From the IMG/VR virus record IMGVR_UViG_3300044608_000911: a stretch of 64,000 bases of DNA; one strand, given 5' to 3'. Of this stretch, positions 30,401 through 38,551 are shown piece by piece; the first letter of the stretch is position 1; each line of letters starts with the position of its first letter. The position numbers and the translations under genes were made by a program. This DNA is from an uncultured virus (IMG/VR IMGVR_UViG_3300044608_000911) (Duplodnaviria; Heunggongvirae; Uroviricota; Caudoviricetes). The notes below the pieces were generated by a model. The model had not been told where the DNA came from, did no database searches, and saw only the letters and a program-made list of their open reading frames with translations.

Positions 30401-33400
30401 AATACCAGCACCAGTCAAGTCTTTCTTGAATGGATCGTATGCTGCGTCAGTGTTAAGACCGTTCGTAGCAAACTGTGCTGCTGTGTATCCAATATATTCT
30501 CCAGCTTGAACTGGGTTTTCAAATCTAGCACCATACACAGAACCAGTAACTGGCTTGAGTAAGATCTTCTGAGGAATTAGTTTACGTGTATCGTCAGTTC
30601 TTGTCTTAAGAACAAATCCATTGATTGGATCTCTAGCATTCTGGAGATACTTAGGAATGACATAACGGATCTTATAAGTTCTATCGTCGGCTTCTCTAGT
30701 GTCATCTAAACGCTCATACCACATGTCCGTGGTTCTTGGTCTATCAGAATAATCAGATTGATTGATTCTCCAGAAAATATTCTCTTGCTGAACAGAAGAT
30801 GGTTGAGCAGTTACTTGATCCTTACACTGAATATACCACTTACCTGTTGTAGAAACAGAGTCAGTATAAGCAGGATCAAATCTCATTGGAGATCTACGCT
30901 TGTTAGCCCAAACATCAAATTTTAGTGAAGTTTGACCAGAAGCAAATGTAATTGGATTTACATTGTTGATCGCATCAGCATGTGTCTTGTGAATGGTGAA
31001 TACTTTATCATTCTGATAACGAGCGAAGAATTCGATCTGAGGATTGATTCTACCGACATTAGAATTTGTGATGTCGGTAACAGCTACCGTGGGATCGTTA
31101 GCATAGGTGCTAGCAACAATTGGTAGAGATCCACCCTCAATTGCTCTAAAGAATACTCTATGTGGAGTTGTTGCTGCTGATGGAACGTCAAAAATGTGTG
31201 ATACATCAGTCTCAATGCCAGCATTAACAGTATTTGTTAGATTACACTCATAGTTGTGTAATGTATACTTGTCATCGAGAACAAACTGATAGAGATCAAT
31301 TTCAACATCTGGATCAATACTGTCAGTTTCTGACGCATAGATGTAAATACCAGCAGCAGCATTCTCTTTAGAAGTTGCGAGCATCAGTTTTGTCTGATCG
31401 CTTCCGTTAAAGAATGTAGTTGTACTGTAATCTGCTGGTTGAGTTCTTCTGCCAGGAGCAATTACATAGTAAGTTCTGTTTGGTTCAAATCCTTTTGGAA
31501 GTCTGATAAGACGCTTATCAATCTCAACATACTTACCAGTCTCAACATCAAATCTAGGACGAGGTACAAGTCTTACTGGTGTTCCAGTTTCAAAGTTATG
31601 AGCATTTGTTGCTCCATATCCAGTAATATCAATCGTAAAGATTGTAGCACGAGAAGAAAGAAGTGCTGTGTTAACTGTCTGCTCTTGACGAGTAACAGTT
31701 CCAAGTCCACTGTTAATAATGGTTGTGATATTACCAACCAATGTGGTGATAGCATTAGCAACGTCGGCACATTCTCTTTGTGTTGGAGCTGATGGTGTAT
31801 ATGCTTGAGTATCCTGAATAACATCTGGATTTGTATTCTCTGGTCCTACAGTTACTCTCTGTGGTAGAGTATTTGCCCAAGATCCTTTCTCATATGTAAA
31901 GTATAGTCTCGTTGTTGTGCTACTTTGTAGAGCATTTACTGTATTTCCAGTATCAAATCTAGAATTAGCAACTCCAAGTTCAATCGTAGTGTTACTTACA
32001 ATTCTCTTTACAAATGTATCTTTTGGAATATTTGTATAAATTGGAACCGCATTGTTTTGAAGTAGACCATTAACGTAAGGAGTTGGAGATGAAGCATACT
32101 CAACAACTCTCATACCAATTACAATGCCACGAGTATCAGAAACGTTAACGAGAGCAGATCCAGTAGTTGTAACACAATTAATGGCAAGAACATCAAAGTT
32201 ACGCATTGCTGCGATTGCCAGTTGTCCAACATAATTCCAAGCATCAATTGTCTCCGTCTTTTCTCCATCAATATATGTTAGATTATTTCCAACATAATAT
32301 GCTTCACCAGCCTGAATGGAGTTAATATTTCCGCCAAGTCTCAAGTCGTTGACAACAGCATCAACAATATATGAAACGTCACGATAACACTTAGATTGCT
32401 TAGCATTTACAATAAAGTCTCCAGCATTTGCTGTTGGCAATCCAGCAAGAGATCCAGTGCCGATAGCATCGGTAACAATATCAAATAAGTTTTCAATTGA
32501 TGAGCGAACATTAGCGCAATCCCACTCTCCATTAGTTAGAGGTGGAAGAGTATTGAGATTGCCAGCTTGAAGAGCATCACAAACAATACCAACTAATGTA
32601 TCAACTGTTGCTAGAACATCAGAACAATTGCCAAGAGTATAGGTTGTTGGTTGTGCTGGGGCAGTTCTTGTAATACCAGTTAGATTTCCTACACCACCAT
32701 CGTTTCCAATTGCTTGTAGAAGAATGCCAAATAGGGTGTCAAGTGCTCCAACAGCAGAACCACACTTTGGTAGTAGTTCATCAGAATCCCAGTCATTAAC
32801 AATAGTAAGATCCTTCTTCTGCGTGAAAGTATTGCCAGATGTAACTGTTACTGTTTCGTTTCTAAGAACTTGAATTGCGATGTTCTTAACTTCCGTGAAT
32901 ACTTTAGCAGCTTCATCACGCTCAGCATCAAGGAATGTCTGAATTGGTTGACCATTGAATATGTTTGTTACATAGATATTCGCTGCGTCATAAGTCTTGG
33001 AGTTTCCACCAAACTTGACATCCCACATCACTTCTTCTAGAACATCATAAACATCATCGAGACAATCTTGCTCAGTATTTCCAGTTTGTGGAACATATGA
33101 AGGATATGCTGCCTTCATGCGTAGATATGCTTCCTTCGCAATGAATTCCTTGTTATCAAGAACAAGATTATAGGCATCAGCATGAATGTCAGCAACAAAT
33201 GCTGGATCTTCTGTGTTATCAAGTGTGAGTGTTAAGTCTCTTACATAATATTGATTGTTGATGGCACGATTCATCAAGTCAGCAGATCTCTTGAATGCTG
33301 TAATTGATGGATTAATTTCATTAACAAGACCGTTTGGAAGTAAGGTTGTATTATTAGTAAAATACTCCTTAGTTGCTGCGATGGTATATTCATTACCACC

Positions 33401-36400
33401 AAACCAGAGATCCTGAGCAACAGCATCAACAATGTGACCGATATCTCTACGGCACTTGGTTTCACCAGTCAAGAATGTTCCAGCATTCTCAGCAGGAAGT
33501 GAATTGAGATTTCCAGCAGTTACAGCAGCAGTTACAATGCCAGTGAGAGTAGTGATTGCTGACTGGACGTTTGAACATGAAGATGAACTCTGATTATTGC
33601 CAGTCGCAGGATCTGCTGTGACAGTAAGATCTTTGTGGTAGAGTTGGTTTGTAATTGCTCTACGCATGAATTCAGCAGCTTCATTGAATGCTACATTGCT
33701 CTGAGCAGTTTCTCCAACTAAACCATTGCTGATTGGAGTTGTAACGTTAGTAAAATACTGCTGAATAAATGTTCTGGTGTGCTTATTACCGCCAGTGAAT
33801 AGGTCAACAGAAATGGCATCAATAAAGTATCCGATATCACGAGCACACTTTCTCATGCCAGCAGGAGCAGATCCTTTGTTGATCGTCTGTGGCATTGAAT
33901 TTAGATTGCCATCGTTAATAATTGTAGTTACGATGCCAGCAAGAGTGTCAATAGCAGAGCGAACGTTAGCACAAGAATTAGCATCAGTGTTGCTACCAGT
34001 AGCAGGATCAGCAGTAATAGTAAGATCCTTAACTGTGAGTTGGTTAGTGATAGCAAGTCTCATCAAGTTTCTTGCTTGATTGAAAGCATAGATGCTTTCT
34101 GTAACTTCACCAACTAGACCATTGCTGATTGGAGTTGTAGCATTTGAGAAATACTCAGCAGCAAATCTGTATGAATACTCGTTACCACGAATGAAAAGGT
34201 CAAGCGAGATCGCATCAACAAAGTATCCAAGGTCTCTCTTACACTTCGTTTCAGTAGAAGCAACACCAGGATACAGAGTGACCATATTGGTCCAAGCAGT
34301 ATTGACAATTTCTGTCTTGTTCTGCTGAATTAGACGGTAGCTATCATAGAAACGCGAATCTGCTGTAGTTTGAGCATCGCCAGGGAAGTAGAAATCTGGA
34401 TAATCAACAGCGATCTTAGCAAGTGCTCTATCAGTAATCTCTTTGCTATTGCGACGAATGAGACGGAACGCATCAGCAAAACGAGATTGTGCGTTGCTCT
34501 GAGTATCACCAGGCATGTAGAAATCTGGATGATAAACAGCAACTTCAGCAAGTGCTGCGTCAAGAATAAATTCTCTGTTAGCAAGAATACGATTACGAGC
34601 ATCCTTATAACGACCAGCAGGATCTTGCTTATTTGCGGCATCAACTGTTACACCTTCACTATTCAATCCTAAAGCAGCAGATCCAGTGCTTCCTGCGATC
34701 ACACCATATGGACTTAGGATGCTAGGGTTCTCTGGATCATAAATTGCTGCTTTAACTGTAAGTAGATTAGCAACTGCTTTCTTACAAAGATCTCTTGCTC
34801 TGTTAAAAGCAAATACAGCATAGGTTTCTTCACCAACCAGACCGTTCTGTAATGGCGTACCGTCACCATTGAAGTAGAACTTGGTAGCTTCGATGGTGTT
34901 GAGGTTTCCGCCGTCTCTAAGGTCTTCTGCGATGGCATCTACAATAAATCCAATGTCACGCTTACACTTACCATTTGCAACACCTTGGATATTTCCAATA
35001 CCAAAAGTTTCAACCATTTGGTTGAATGCTGTGTCAACGATTTCTTGGCGGTTCGCAAGGATTAAGTTGCGAGCATCGAAGTAACGACCAGCAGCAGGAT
35101 TTAGACCAGGGTTGACATAAGGAATGTTTTGAAGTGCTGGATACTTCTCAAGAATATATCCAAAAACTTCCTCTTGGATCATTGTGCGATTGCTTTCAAT
35201 CAAGTTAGCAGCATCAGCGTAGATGCCATTGATTGAGATACCAGAAGGATTTAAAATTGATCCTTTCGCAATATACTTAACAAAACCAGTTGGTTCTAAT
35301 TCTACGTTAAATACTTCTCCAGTTCCAGCAGCAGGATCAAGTTTTACATATAGTTTGTCACCAGTTTTTGCTCCAAGTCTATAACCATCAATGGTCGCAG
35401 CTGGACGCTCTGTTGGAATAATAATGTCATCGCTACCCAAGAACAACTTAGTATAGTTGTTAGGATTTTGAATTGTTCCTTGAATATCAATCGTATAATA
35501 AGTAACTTTTTTGATATTCTCAGCAGTTTCCTCTGCTTGCTGTGGTGGAATGATGTGAGTAATGTATCCACCTTTGTCTTGGTTGAACGCAAATCCTTTG
35601 AAACCAATCGCGTGTAGAGAGGTATTACCAAAGTTTGAGTTGGAGTTGGTGATGGACATGTCTCCACCACTTTCCATTAGGAAGTGATCAGCAAAACCAA
35701 CGGCGAAGATGGAAACGTTCTGAATGAATGCGTCTTCTGAAGCACGAACGTGGAAGTTTCTCCACTCATCCTTCCAGTAACTATCACCCTTTGCGTGATA
35801 AGGAACAGTAGCAAATGCGTCTGTTAGTGATGCTTGATTCCAAGTGTTTGAATACTCATCGTAACGGATGAATGCTCTATCGTCTTTCTGTAGAGAAACA
35901 CCAGTGTACTGAGCAATAACCATGGATCTAAATCCAGTGGCTTTTAGACCATTTGCCCAGATACCACAAATACCCCAGGTAGAACGAATTGAAACGTTGA
36001 AGACGTATGGAGAAGCAGATTCGACGCTATCAACCTCAGCAAGAGTTTGTGCGTTTTGTCCAAGGGCAGGAGTTGTATCTACACTGATTGTTTGTCCAGA
36101 AACAATGTTAGTGCCAATTCCACCAACAACGAATGGAACTTCATATTTAAATTTGCGAGGGTCATTCTCGTCAATCTCTTTGATTGGGAAAAATCCTTCA
36201 AGAACATCATCAATATTTGTATTTGAAATAGCAACAAATTGACCAGCAAAATATCCATGATCAACTTTAGTCGTTACTTCAACTTCAGTTGTGGATGCTG
36301 GAATGCTAGGATCAGTTGTCGCATCTACAAACTTCAGTGATTCAATAACACGAGAGTCAGATAAAGGACCAACAATTCTATTTTCTTGAATGTTGAAATC

Positions 36401-37165
36401 AAATTCACCTGGATCATCAATTGTTGGTTGATAAGATGAAAATGCCTTAGCGATCTTTCTGTAGAATAATCCTAGCTCTTCACTATCAGCATATTCAAAT
36501 ACTGTTAGTTTGTGGTGAGAGAAATTAGGAGCAGTAAGTTTGGTGAAGTCTTGAGGATCATAATAAACTTCACCAGTTCCTTCAGCAGAATTGAAAAGAG
36601 GAGATTCAGAAGTTGTTTGACCATCTTTAATAGTGAACTGCCAGAAGTAACATCCACCAGTTACATTAAAGATCGCAGAACGTGGGACAGTTACAGAAGC
36701 AGGATCAGGAACGTAGAGAGGTCTGATCGTTGTTCTACGAAGGTCATAACCAACAAGTGAAGAACCACGAGGAATAATAGCACCGCCTTCAGTGTTATTA
36801 AACTTGTATAGTACGTTGTTTGGATTGGAGATATCAAGAATGCTATTATCAGTCCAAGCATTTAGAGCTTGATCAAATCCAAATACATCAATGCCATTAG
36901 TATCTACAAGACCAGGACGGTTATCAATATAGTGAATACCAGGCATCAGCATGATGCTGAACTGGTCAAAACGGTCATTATTCTTACCAGGAAGGTAAGA
37001 ATATCTTGCGATTTCTAGGAAAGCACGCTGAATACTCTTGAATGGTGTAATTGGTGAATTACCTCTGTTGGATAACGCATCGGTTGCGTTAAAATCATCA
37101 GGAGAAACATAAAGATACTTACCAGTTTTTGAACTGATAAGATTATCCAGACGTGTTAATGGCAT
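24431..37165 (-). CDS. giant virion structural protein (4244 aa) with phycobiliprotein-like repeats
   Basis: Late promoter upstream; N-terminal YVSP...GNS...PFKSIQRA typical of cyanophage structural proteins; KCxRDxG repeats; fibre-type C-terminus. Confidence 0.85.
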   Translation of the reverse strand: MPLTRLDNLISSKTGKYLYVSPDDFNATDALSNRGNSPITPFKSIQRAFLEIARYSYLPGKNNDRFDQFSIMLMPGIHYIDNRPGLVDTNGIDVFGFDQALNAWTDNSILDISNPNNVLYKFNNTEGGAIIPRGSSLVGYDLRRTTIRPLYVPDPASVTVPRSAIFNVTGGCYFWQFTIKDGQTTSESPLFNSAEGTGEVYYDPQDFTKLTAPNFSHHKLTVFEYADSEELGLFYRKIAKAFSSYQPTIDDPGEFDFNIQENRIVGPLSDSRVIESLKFVDATTDPSIPASTTEVEVTTKVDHGYFAGQFVAISNTNIDDVLEGFFPIKEIDENDPRKFKYEVPFVVGGIGTNIVSGQTISVDTTPALGQNAQTLAEVDSVESASPYVFNVSIRSTWGICGIWANGLKATGFRSMVIAQYTGVSLQKDDRAFIRYDEYSNTWNQASLTDAFATVPYHAKGDSYWKDEWRNFHVRASEDAFIQNVSIFAVGFADHFLMESGGDMSITNSNSNFGNTSLHAIGFKGFAFNQDKGGYITHIIPPQQAEETAENIKKVTYYTIDIQGTIQNPNNYTKLFLGSDDIIIPTERPAATIDGYRLGAKTGDKLYVKLDPAAGTGEVFNVELEPTGFVKYIAKGSILNPSGISINGIYADAANLIESNRTMIQEEVFGYILEKYPALQNIPYVNPGLNPAAGRYFDARNLILANRQEIVDTAFNQMVETFGIGNIQGVANGKCKRDIGFIVDAIAEDLRDGGNLNTIEATKFYFNGDGTPLQNGLVGEETYAVFAFNRARDLCKKAVANLLTVKAAIYDPENPSILSPYGVIAGSTGSAALGLNSEGVTVDAANKQDPAGRYKDARNRILANREFILDAALAEVAVYHPDFYMPGDTQSNAQSRFADAFRLIRRNSKEITDRALAKIAVDYPDFYFPGDAQTTADSRFYDSYRLIQQNKTEIVNTAWTNMVTLYPGVASTETKCKRDLGYFVDAISLDLFIRGNEYSYRFAAEYFSNATTPISNGLVGEVTESIYAFNQARNLMRLAITNQLTVKDLTITADPATGSNTDANSCANVRSAIDTLAGIVTTIINDGNLNSMPQTINKGSAPAGMRKCARDIGYFIDAISVDLFTGGNKHTRTFIQQYFTNVTTPISNGLVGETAQSNVAFNEAAEFMRRAITNQLYHKDLTVTADPATGNNQSSSSCSNVQSAITTLTGIVTAAVTAGNLNSLPAENAGTFLTGETKCRRDIGHIVDAVAQDLWFGGNEYTIAATKEYFTNNTTLLPNGLVNEINPSITAFKRSADLMNRAINNQYYVRDLTLTLDNTEDPAFVADIHADAYNLVLDNKEFIAKEAYLRMKAAYPSYVPQTGNTEQDCLDDVYDVLEEVMWDVKFGGNSKTYDAANIYVTNIFNGQPIQTFLDAERDEAAKVFTEVKNIAIQVLRNETVTVTSGNTFTQKKDLTIVNDWDSDELLPKCGSAVGALDTLFGILLQAIGNDGGVGNLTGITRTAPAQPTTYTLGNCSDVLATVDTLVGIVCDALQAGNLNTLPPLTNGEWDCANVRSSIENLFDIVTDAIGTGSLAGLPTANAGDFIVNAKQSKCYRDVSYIVDAVVNDLRLGGNINSIQAGEAYYVGNNLTYIDGEKTETIDAWNYVGQLAIAAMRNFDVLAINCVTTTGSALVNVSDTRGIVIGMRVVEYASSPTPYVNGLLQNNAVPIYTNIPKDTFVKRIVSNTTIELGVANSRFDTGNTVNALQSSTTTRLYFTYEKGSWANTLPQRVTVGPENTNPDVIQDTQAYTPSAPTQRECADVANAITTLVGNITTIINSGLGTVTRQEQTVNTALLSSRATIFTIDITGYGATNAHNFETGTPVRLVPRPRFDVETGKYVEIDKRLIRLPKGFEPNRTYYVIAPGRRTQPADYSTTTFFNGSDQTKLMLATSKENAAAGIYIYASETDSIDPDVEIDLYQFVLDDKYTLHNYECNLTNTVNAGIETDVSHIFDVPSAATTPHRVFFRAIEGGSLPIVASTYANDPTVAVTDITNSNVGRINPQIEFFARYQNDKVFTIHKTHADAINNVNPITFASGQTSLKFDVWANKRRSPMRFDPAYTDSVSTTGKWYIQCKDQVTAQPSSVQQENIFWRINQSDYSDRPRTTDMWYERLDDTREADDRTYKIRYVIPKYLQNARDPINGFVLKTRTDDTRKLIPQKILLKPVTGSVYGARFENPVQAGEYIGYTAAQFATNGLNTDAAYDPFKKDLTGAGIEYRAFARFNSGIQATIQGGRYVTDALNSNIKYLELTVYDHTVDSKNFPGLRNEIFTTIKITAPQGGDFVTNKTQNITANQVTFTGYSSGLANIHAYYSVGGDHYLIIKNIRGGKLEYSEYDSVRFTQGSVFADMLEDQDMGKSLPLKTLIRKGYPEYYWRQNGANVYTITPGDRIQDDAGIEYYVESVEDAGIIDDTFYIFASETLQRRIAGQQDGIYYLTCLRGNISPFPTGAGVINNFKNFKFSQPVSRLYPLNYRNDPLWFKNNGTTNEEKDYYAALIDPPQAFSAADNYVHGLVTVNDYKNSVTRELVEDLISQPAFIENTYTGSNAIRAQEGNATSGSEDRLIPISGDSTVANDQRYYVELRRPSIARAGNHTFEYLGFGPGNYSTGLPARQEVVLTPEQDFYAQSKKQDAGIVFYTGINSQGDLYIGNRRINAITGQETFIDAATLQDDGDENDVIGGLVTTFDTPVTFNQNLTVVGGDGTLVSSFESPVLIAVQDNDLVQQRDVLIIRSNVSSVDPVTQLEQDQGLDRTTFRPPTAGDIRISKNKVTAAVFEFNARGNGQKYMFQTHTSSGVPANITPNQSPLVADGGTRVNSAQYVTYGGVLPVPGDVLLKGSEIGKTGSIGWILANYYQKIADNSIFTITFDGSNVVKLTFKNSQSGLDITNQDIGITSGSQIRVNNFYYDPRLNLTWVVYNKPGDAFSPTNNYVHFQVIDQIPAAVENWADIIAGTAIGATPPSVEFSNASWKEVGVIGSEALRTETESIGNYKLGINTVARSPHSAYANGFVDPTTTDPRANLDVVGKAYISGRTLSTAPNNYLSNSNPTNRTFNAISDALVVGGDSLAPTNYSTLRVDTTTVAISESGRGNNLGRLGINTNQSVTNSQLNRALVVVGDSRFTEDARFQRDIEIYTDSGTATGEVRTGITTGTFNLLNDSTFVGGDNTGGLNLAGYSKTIRIGDHTTANQWIYIGDKATNDQFIKIGNSANHSNLFIGNIDRDAAISKTKIGGAYDRLSSLSYVDFETKQVKFAGDVTFGSFKSLGGDRTNPEQVVTLSTEAGIVSFFSGNTQTMDFALNASEVRIAGQGGTTTIRNSLEIDGETIFNGNVHLCGGVAAFSFTANRAQLGTTAFAHDDGILGPTTFNQNVDLINVLQVPDSDPNFNRLDTAGSADWGSTDFQELIPGGGPEGSDLPALTGDLYYLPLLNPPGDYFREGDYLILDTVVDSVAGTHPEILRVAPGGLAGAETAPYYLTVQRRPLGTFTAVKTNHPDEPNNRTPIYKCNIAFDATWTEQSIDASGTTENVYLATFGGTLRTGVDYIVIDRTDTNSDGVFDQGEVFKLVSTLVQENKTFSILSGCPNGNVLFSVDSVTGETIIGNDGVSGENGKLTVNGSFTFVGGCKTASSQQFTGNAQAGLTTITAVTNTSGIEVGDYVQIVTGGGTVTLTQNRFPIDSGETRLTDPQVVSISGSTITLNLPFTGTGSQEGITFVANKNEKFSITDRVRDIFSVDACSGDTIVGNPSGTILAQRAKFGTSVAAHSSGATVYVILKDPKVDNSIATTFVDTVTAITTSATQLPVDDISDFANGDYILVGYGSGGNEEFMRISSNPVATSGNSGYLPVTRSPLAGTAKTHQDGESVWRVLIRETTTTTSAIGTTGGTNIEIGLKNSDLVPFFLDREYFMVIDSEVFEVTSTITNDGGTKLVKKDYHHGRLTVYDDVNFVGSNFRISGTDNNVPIINLVNNEEHHFEGGKLSINAATDVSGLFRVFPTTCVEEPDAIQFSNRSFLPTFRVEPNFGDTFVGRLLDVAGISSSIAAQSQKILDIRNLGDGGTKNFTIRQDCSVDAFGYEGWKNSNGGHITKFVNANTTLQVNINYIVAVAPSTGALVLTLPSNPKTGDTIRITEVGGQLTYNNSLVIRAPIVGGEPVAIQGDTEGTRLGGLSTPYASGELVVQNKNASFGLIYVGQTDGDNFIPATYQGWWLTEL
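31720..35230 (-). repeat. protein-level tandem repeats (about 6 units plus partial units) inside the giant protein
   Basis: Repeated R..DA...I..N...I...A, KCxRDxGYxxDA...GGN and CxxVxSxIxTL motifs. Confidence 0.85.
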
Positions 37166-37204
37166 GATTATACAGACCCTGCGGCGTGACTTATTCCTTC
37201 AAGT

Positions 37205-37212
37205 TATTTATA
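37205..37212 (-). promoter_or_regulatory. T4-type late promoter
   Basis: TATAAATA about 40 nt upstream of the giant gene. Confidence 0.85.
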
Positions 37213-37324
37213 CGGAAGGTTTATAGTTGTCTCCCTCTATCTGCATTTTGATAATTTCTCTGACACATAACCAGATATATCCAAATTGTTCAGACCAAGT
37301 ACAATCACCTTTAATTTTATTCAT
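37208..37324 (-). CDS. small hypothetical protein, 38 aa
   Basis: Hand-translated MNKIKGDCTWSEQFGYIWLC... Confidence 0.4.
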   Translation of the reverse strand: MNKIKGDCTWSEQFGYIWLCVREIIKMQIEGDNYKPSV

Positions 37325-37340
37325 ATGTTTTTTGAAACAA

Positions 37341-37415
37341 CACTCTCTGTAGGATTCGAACCTACGACACCTTGATCCGTAGTCAAGTGCTCTATATCCA
37401 CTGAGCTAAGAGAGT
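37341..37415 (-). tRNA. tRNA-Arg(ACG)
   Basis: Cloverleaf ACTCTCT/AGAGAGT; anticodon loop CT-ACG-GA; GTTCGAATC. Confidence 0.95.
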
Positions 37416-37418
37416 AGG

Positions 37419-37490
37419 CGAAGGGTGAGAGATTCGAACTCCCATCGCAAGGTTTTGGAGACCTGCATCTTACCGTTAGACCAACCCAAC
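37419..37490 (-). tRNA. tRNA-Trp(CCA), atypical acceptor stem
   Basis: CT-CCA-AA loop and normal T-arm; U2:U71 and U3:U70 mismatches. Confidence 0.8.
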
Positions 37491-37565
37491 TGGTTCTGAG
37501 GGTAGGATTCGAACCCACGAATGGCGGGACCAAAACCCGCTGCCTTACCGCTTGGCGACCTCAGA
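37491..37565 (-). tRNA. tRNA-Gln(TTG)
   Basis: TCTGAGG/CCTCAGA-A-CCA; TT-TTG-GT. Confidence 0.95.
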
Positions 37566-37566
37566 A

Positions 37567-37640
37567 TGGGGTGACGTATGGGAATTGAACCCATCTAGGT
37601 GGTTCCACAAACCACTGCCTTACCACTAGGCTAACGTCAC
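37567..37640 (-). tRNA. tRNA-His(GTG)
   Basis: GTGACGT/ACGTCAC-C-CCA; TT-GTG-GA; the -1 base is T. Confidence 0.95.
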
Positions 37641-37641
37641 A

Positions 37642-37715
37642 TAGCAGTAGGTAGATTTGAACTACCGACCATAGGCGTATGAAACCCGTGCTCTGCCAGA
37701 CTGAGCTATACTGCT
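37642..37715 (-). tRNA. tRNA with CAT anticodon (Met or Ile2)
   Basis: AGCAGTA/TACTGCT; TT-CAT-AC; weak anticodon stem. Confidence 0.85.
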
Positions 37716-37719
37716 AAAA

Positions 37720-37800
37720 TGGACGCTGACCTGCTGGTTACTCTTTCTGCGGAGGGAGGCGTCAGTCTTTTATATCCGAGCAAGCACCTTGCTGGAGTCC
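37720..37800 (-). ncRNA. structured non-tRNA element ending in CCA
   Basis: GGAC...GTCC-A closing stem; AGCAAG/CTTGCT hairpin; CTGAC/GTCAG stem; fills the gap between two tRNAs. Confidence 0.6.
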
Positions 37801-37802
37801 TA

Positions 37803-37889
37803 CGGAAGATGTTGGATTCGAACCAACGGAAAGATTACTCCTTCGACGGTTTAGCAAACCGTTGCTTTAGACCTCTCAGCCAATCTTCC
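37803..37889 (-). tRNA. tRNA-Ser(GCT)
   Basis: GGAAGAT/ATCTTCC-G; long variable arm; TT-GCT-AA. Confidence 0.95.
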
Positions 37890-37893
37890 AAAG

Positions 37894-37965
37894 TGGAACC
37901 GACAAGATTTGAACTTGTGACCGCTCGGTTATCAGCCGAGTGCTCTACCACTGAGCTACGATTCC
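37894..37965 (-). tRNA. tRNA-Ile(GAT)
   Basis: CTCGG-CT-GAT-AA-CCGAG. Confidence 0.95.
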
Positions 37966-37968
37966 AAA

Positions 37969-38040
37969 TAGTCTCAACGGGACTTGAACCCGTGTCTACA
38001 CTGTGAAAGAGTGTTGTCCTAACCACTAGACGATGAGACC
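37969..38040 (-). tRNA. tRNA-Glu(TTC)
   Basis: ACACT-CT-TTC-AC-AGTGT. Confidence 0.95.
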
Positions 38041-38043
38041 ATA

Positions 38044-38117
38044 CGACCCATACGGGATTCGAACCCGTGATCTCCACCGTGACAGGGTGGCGTGATAAGC
38101 CGCTACACTAATGGGTC
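38044..38117 (-). tRNA. tRNA-Asp(GTC)
   Basis: CCACC-CT-GTC-AC-GGTGG. Confidence 0.95.
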
Positions 38118-38121
38118 AAGG

Positions 38122-38203
38122 TGGGAGGAACAGGATTTGAACCTGTGAAGGCAGAGCCGTCTGATTTACAGTCAGATTCCTTTAACCACTCGGAAATCCT
38201 CCC
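38122..38203 (-). tRNA. tRNA-Tyr(GTA)
   Basis: TCTGA-CT-GTA-AA-TCAGA; long variable arm. Confidence 0.95.
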
Positions 38204-38207
38204 ACGA

Positions 38208-38280
38208 TGGGTCTGGTCGGGCTCGAACCGACGACTTACAGGTTAAAAGCCCGCTACTCTACCAACTGAGTTACAGACCC
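38208..38280 (-). tRNA. tRNA-Lys(TTT)
   Basis: GCGGG-CT-TTT-AA-CCTGT. Confidence 0.95.
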
Positions 38281-38291
38281 AAAGGGTTAAA

Positions 38292-38321
38292 TTGTCAAGG
38301 TGCTGGTCGGGGTGGTTCCCC
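38292..38321 (-). promoter_or_regulatory. boxB/boxA-like leader of the tRNA operon
   Basis: GGGG-AACCA-CCCC hairpin, then GCACCTTGACAA. Confidence 0.45.
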
Positions 38322-38345
38322 TTCCGTTGATGGATGTATCATAGC

Positions 38346-38375
38346 AAAAGGGGGCGGTTTTTGACCTGCCCCCCT
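38346..38375 (-). terminator. intrinsic terminator
   Basis: GGGGGC...GCCCCC hairpin followed by TTTT. Confidence 0.65.
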
Positions 38376-38406
38376 GATAAATCTTGCTTATGTGTCAGAT
38401 GTTAGA

Positions 38407-38508
38407 TCATCGTTTCCACTTATGAGCAAGCAGGGGCGCTTGAGCGATATGCCAATAGCGGCAATCGCTTTCCATAATAATATCAATTTGCTTGCTGAAG
38501 TTAGACAT
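38407..38508 (-). CDS. 33-aa late peptide (MSNFSKQIDIIMESDCRYWHIAQAPLLAHKWKR)
   Basis: Hand-translated; own TATAAATA promoter, AAGG RBS and downstream terminator. Confidence 0.55.
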   Translation of the reverse strand: MSNFSKQIDIIMESDCRYWHIAQAPLLAHKWKR

Positions 38509-38530
38509 GATTTTCGACCTTTAGTGTGTT

Positions 38531-38538
38531 TATTTATA
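38531..38538 (-). promoter_or_regulatory. T4-type late promoter
   Basis: TATAAATA. Confidence 0.75.
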
Positions 38539-38551
38539 AGGGTTTTTGAAA

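Noticed and set aside
33540..34200. Near-duplicate nucleotide stretches as a diversity-generating retroelement TR/VR pair
   Set aside because: Both copies are in-frame internal protein repeats, I saw no adenine-specific pattern, and no reverse transcriptase is in the window.
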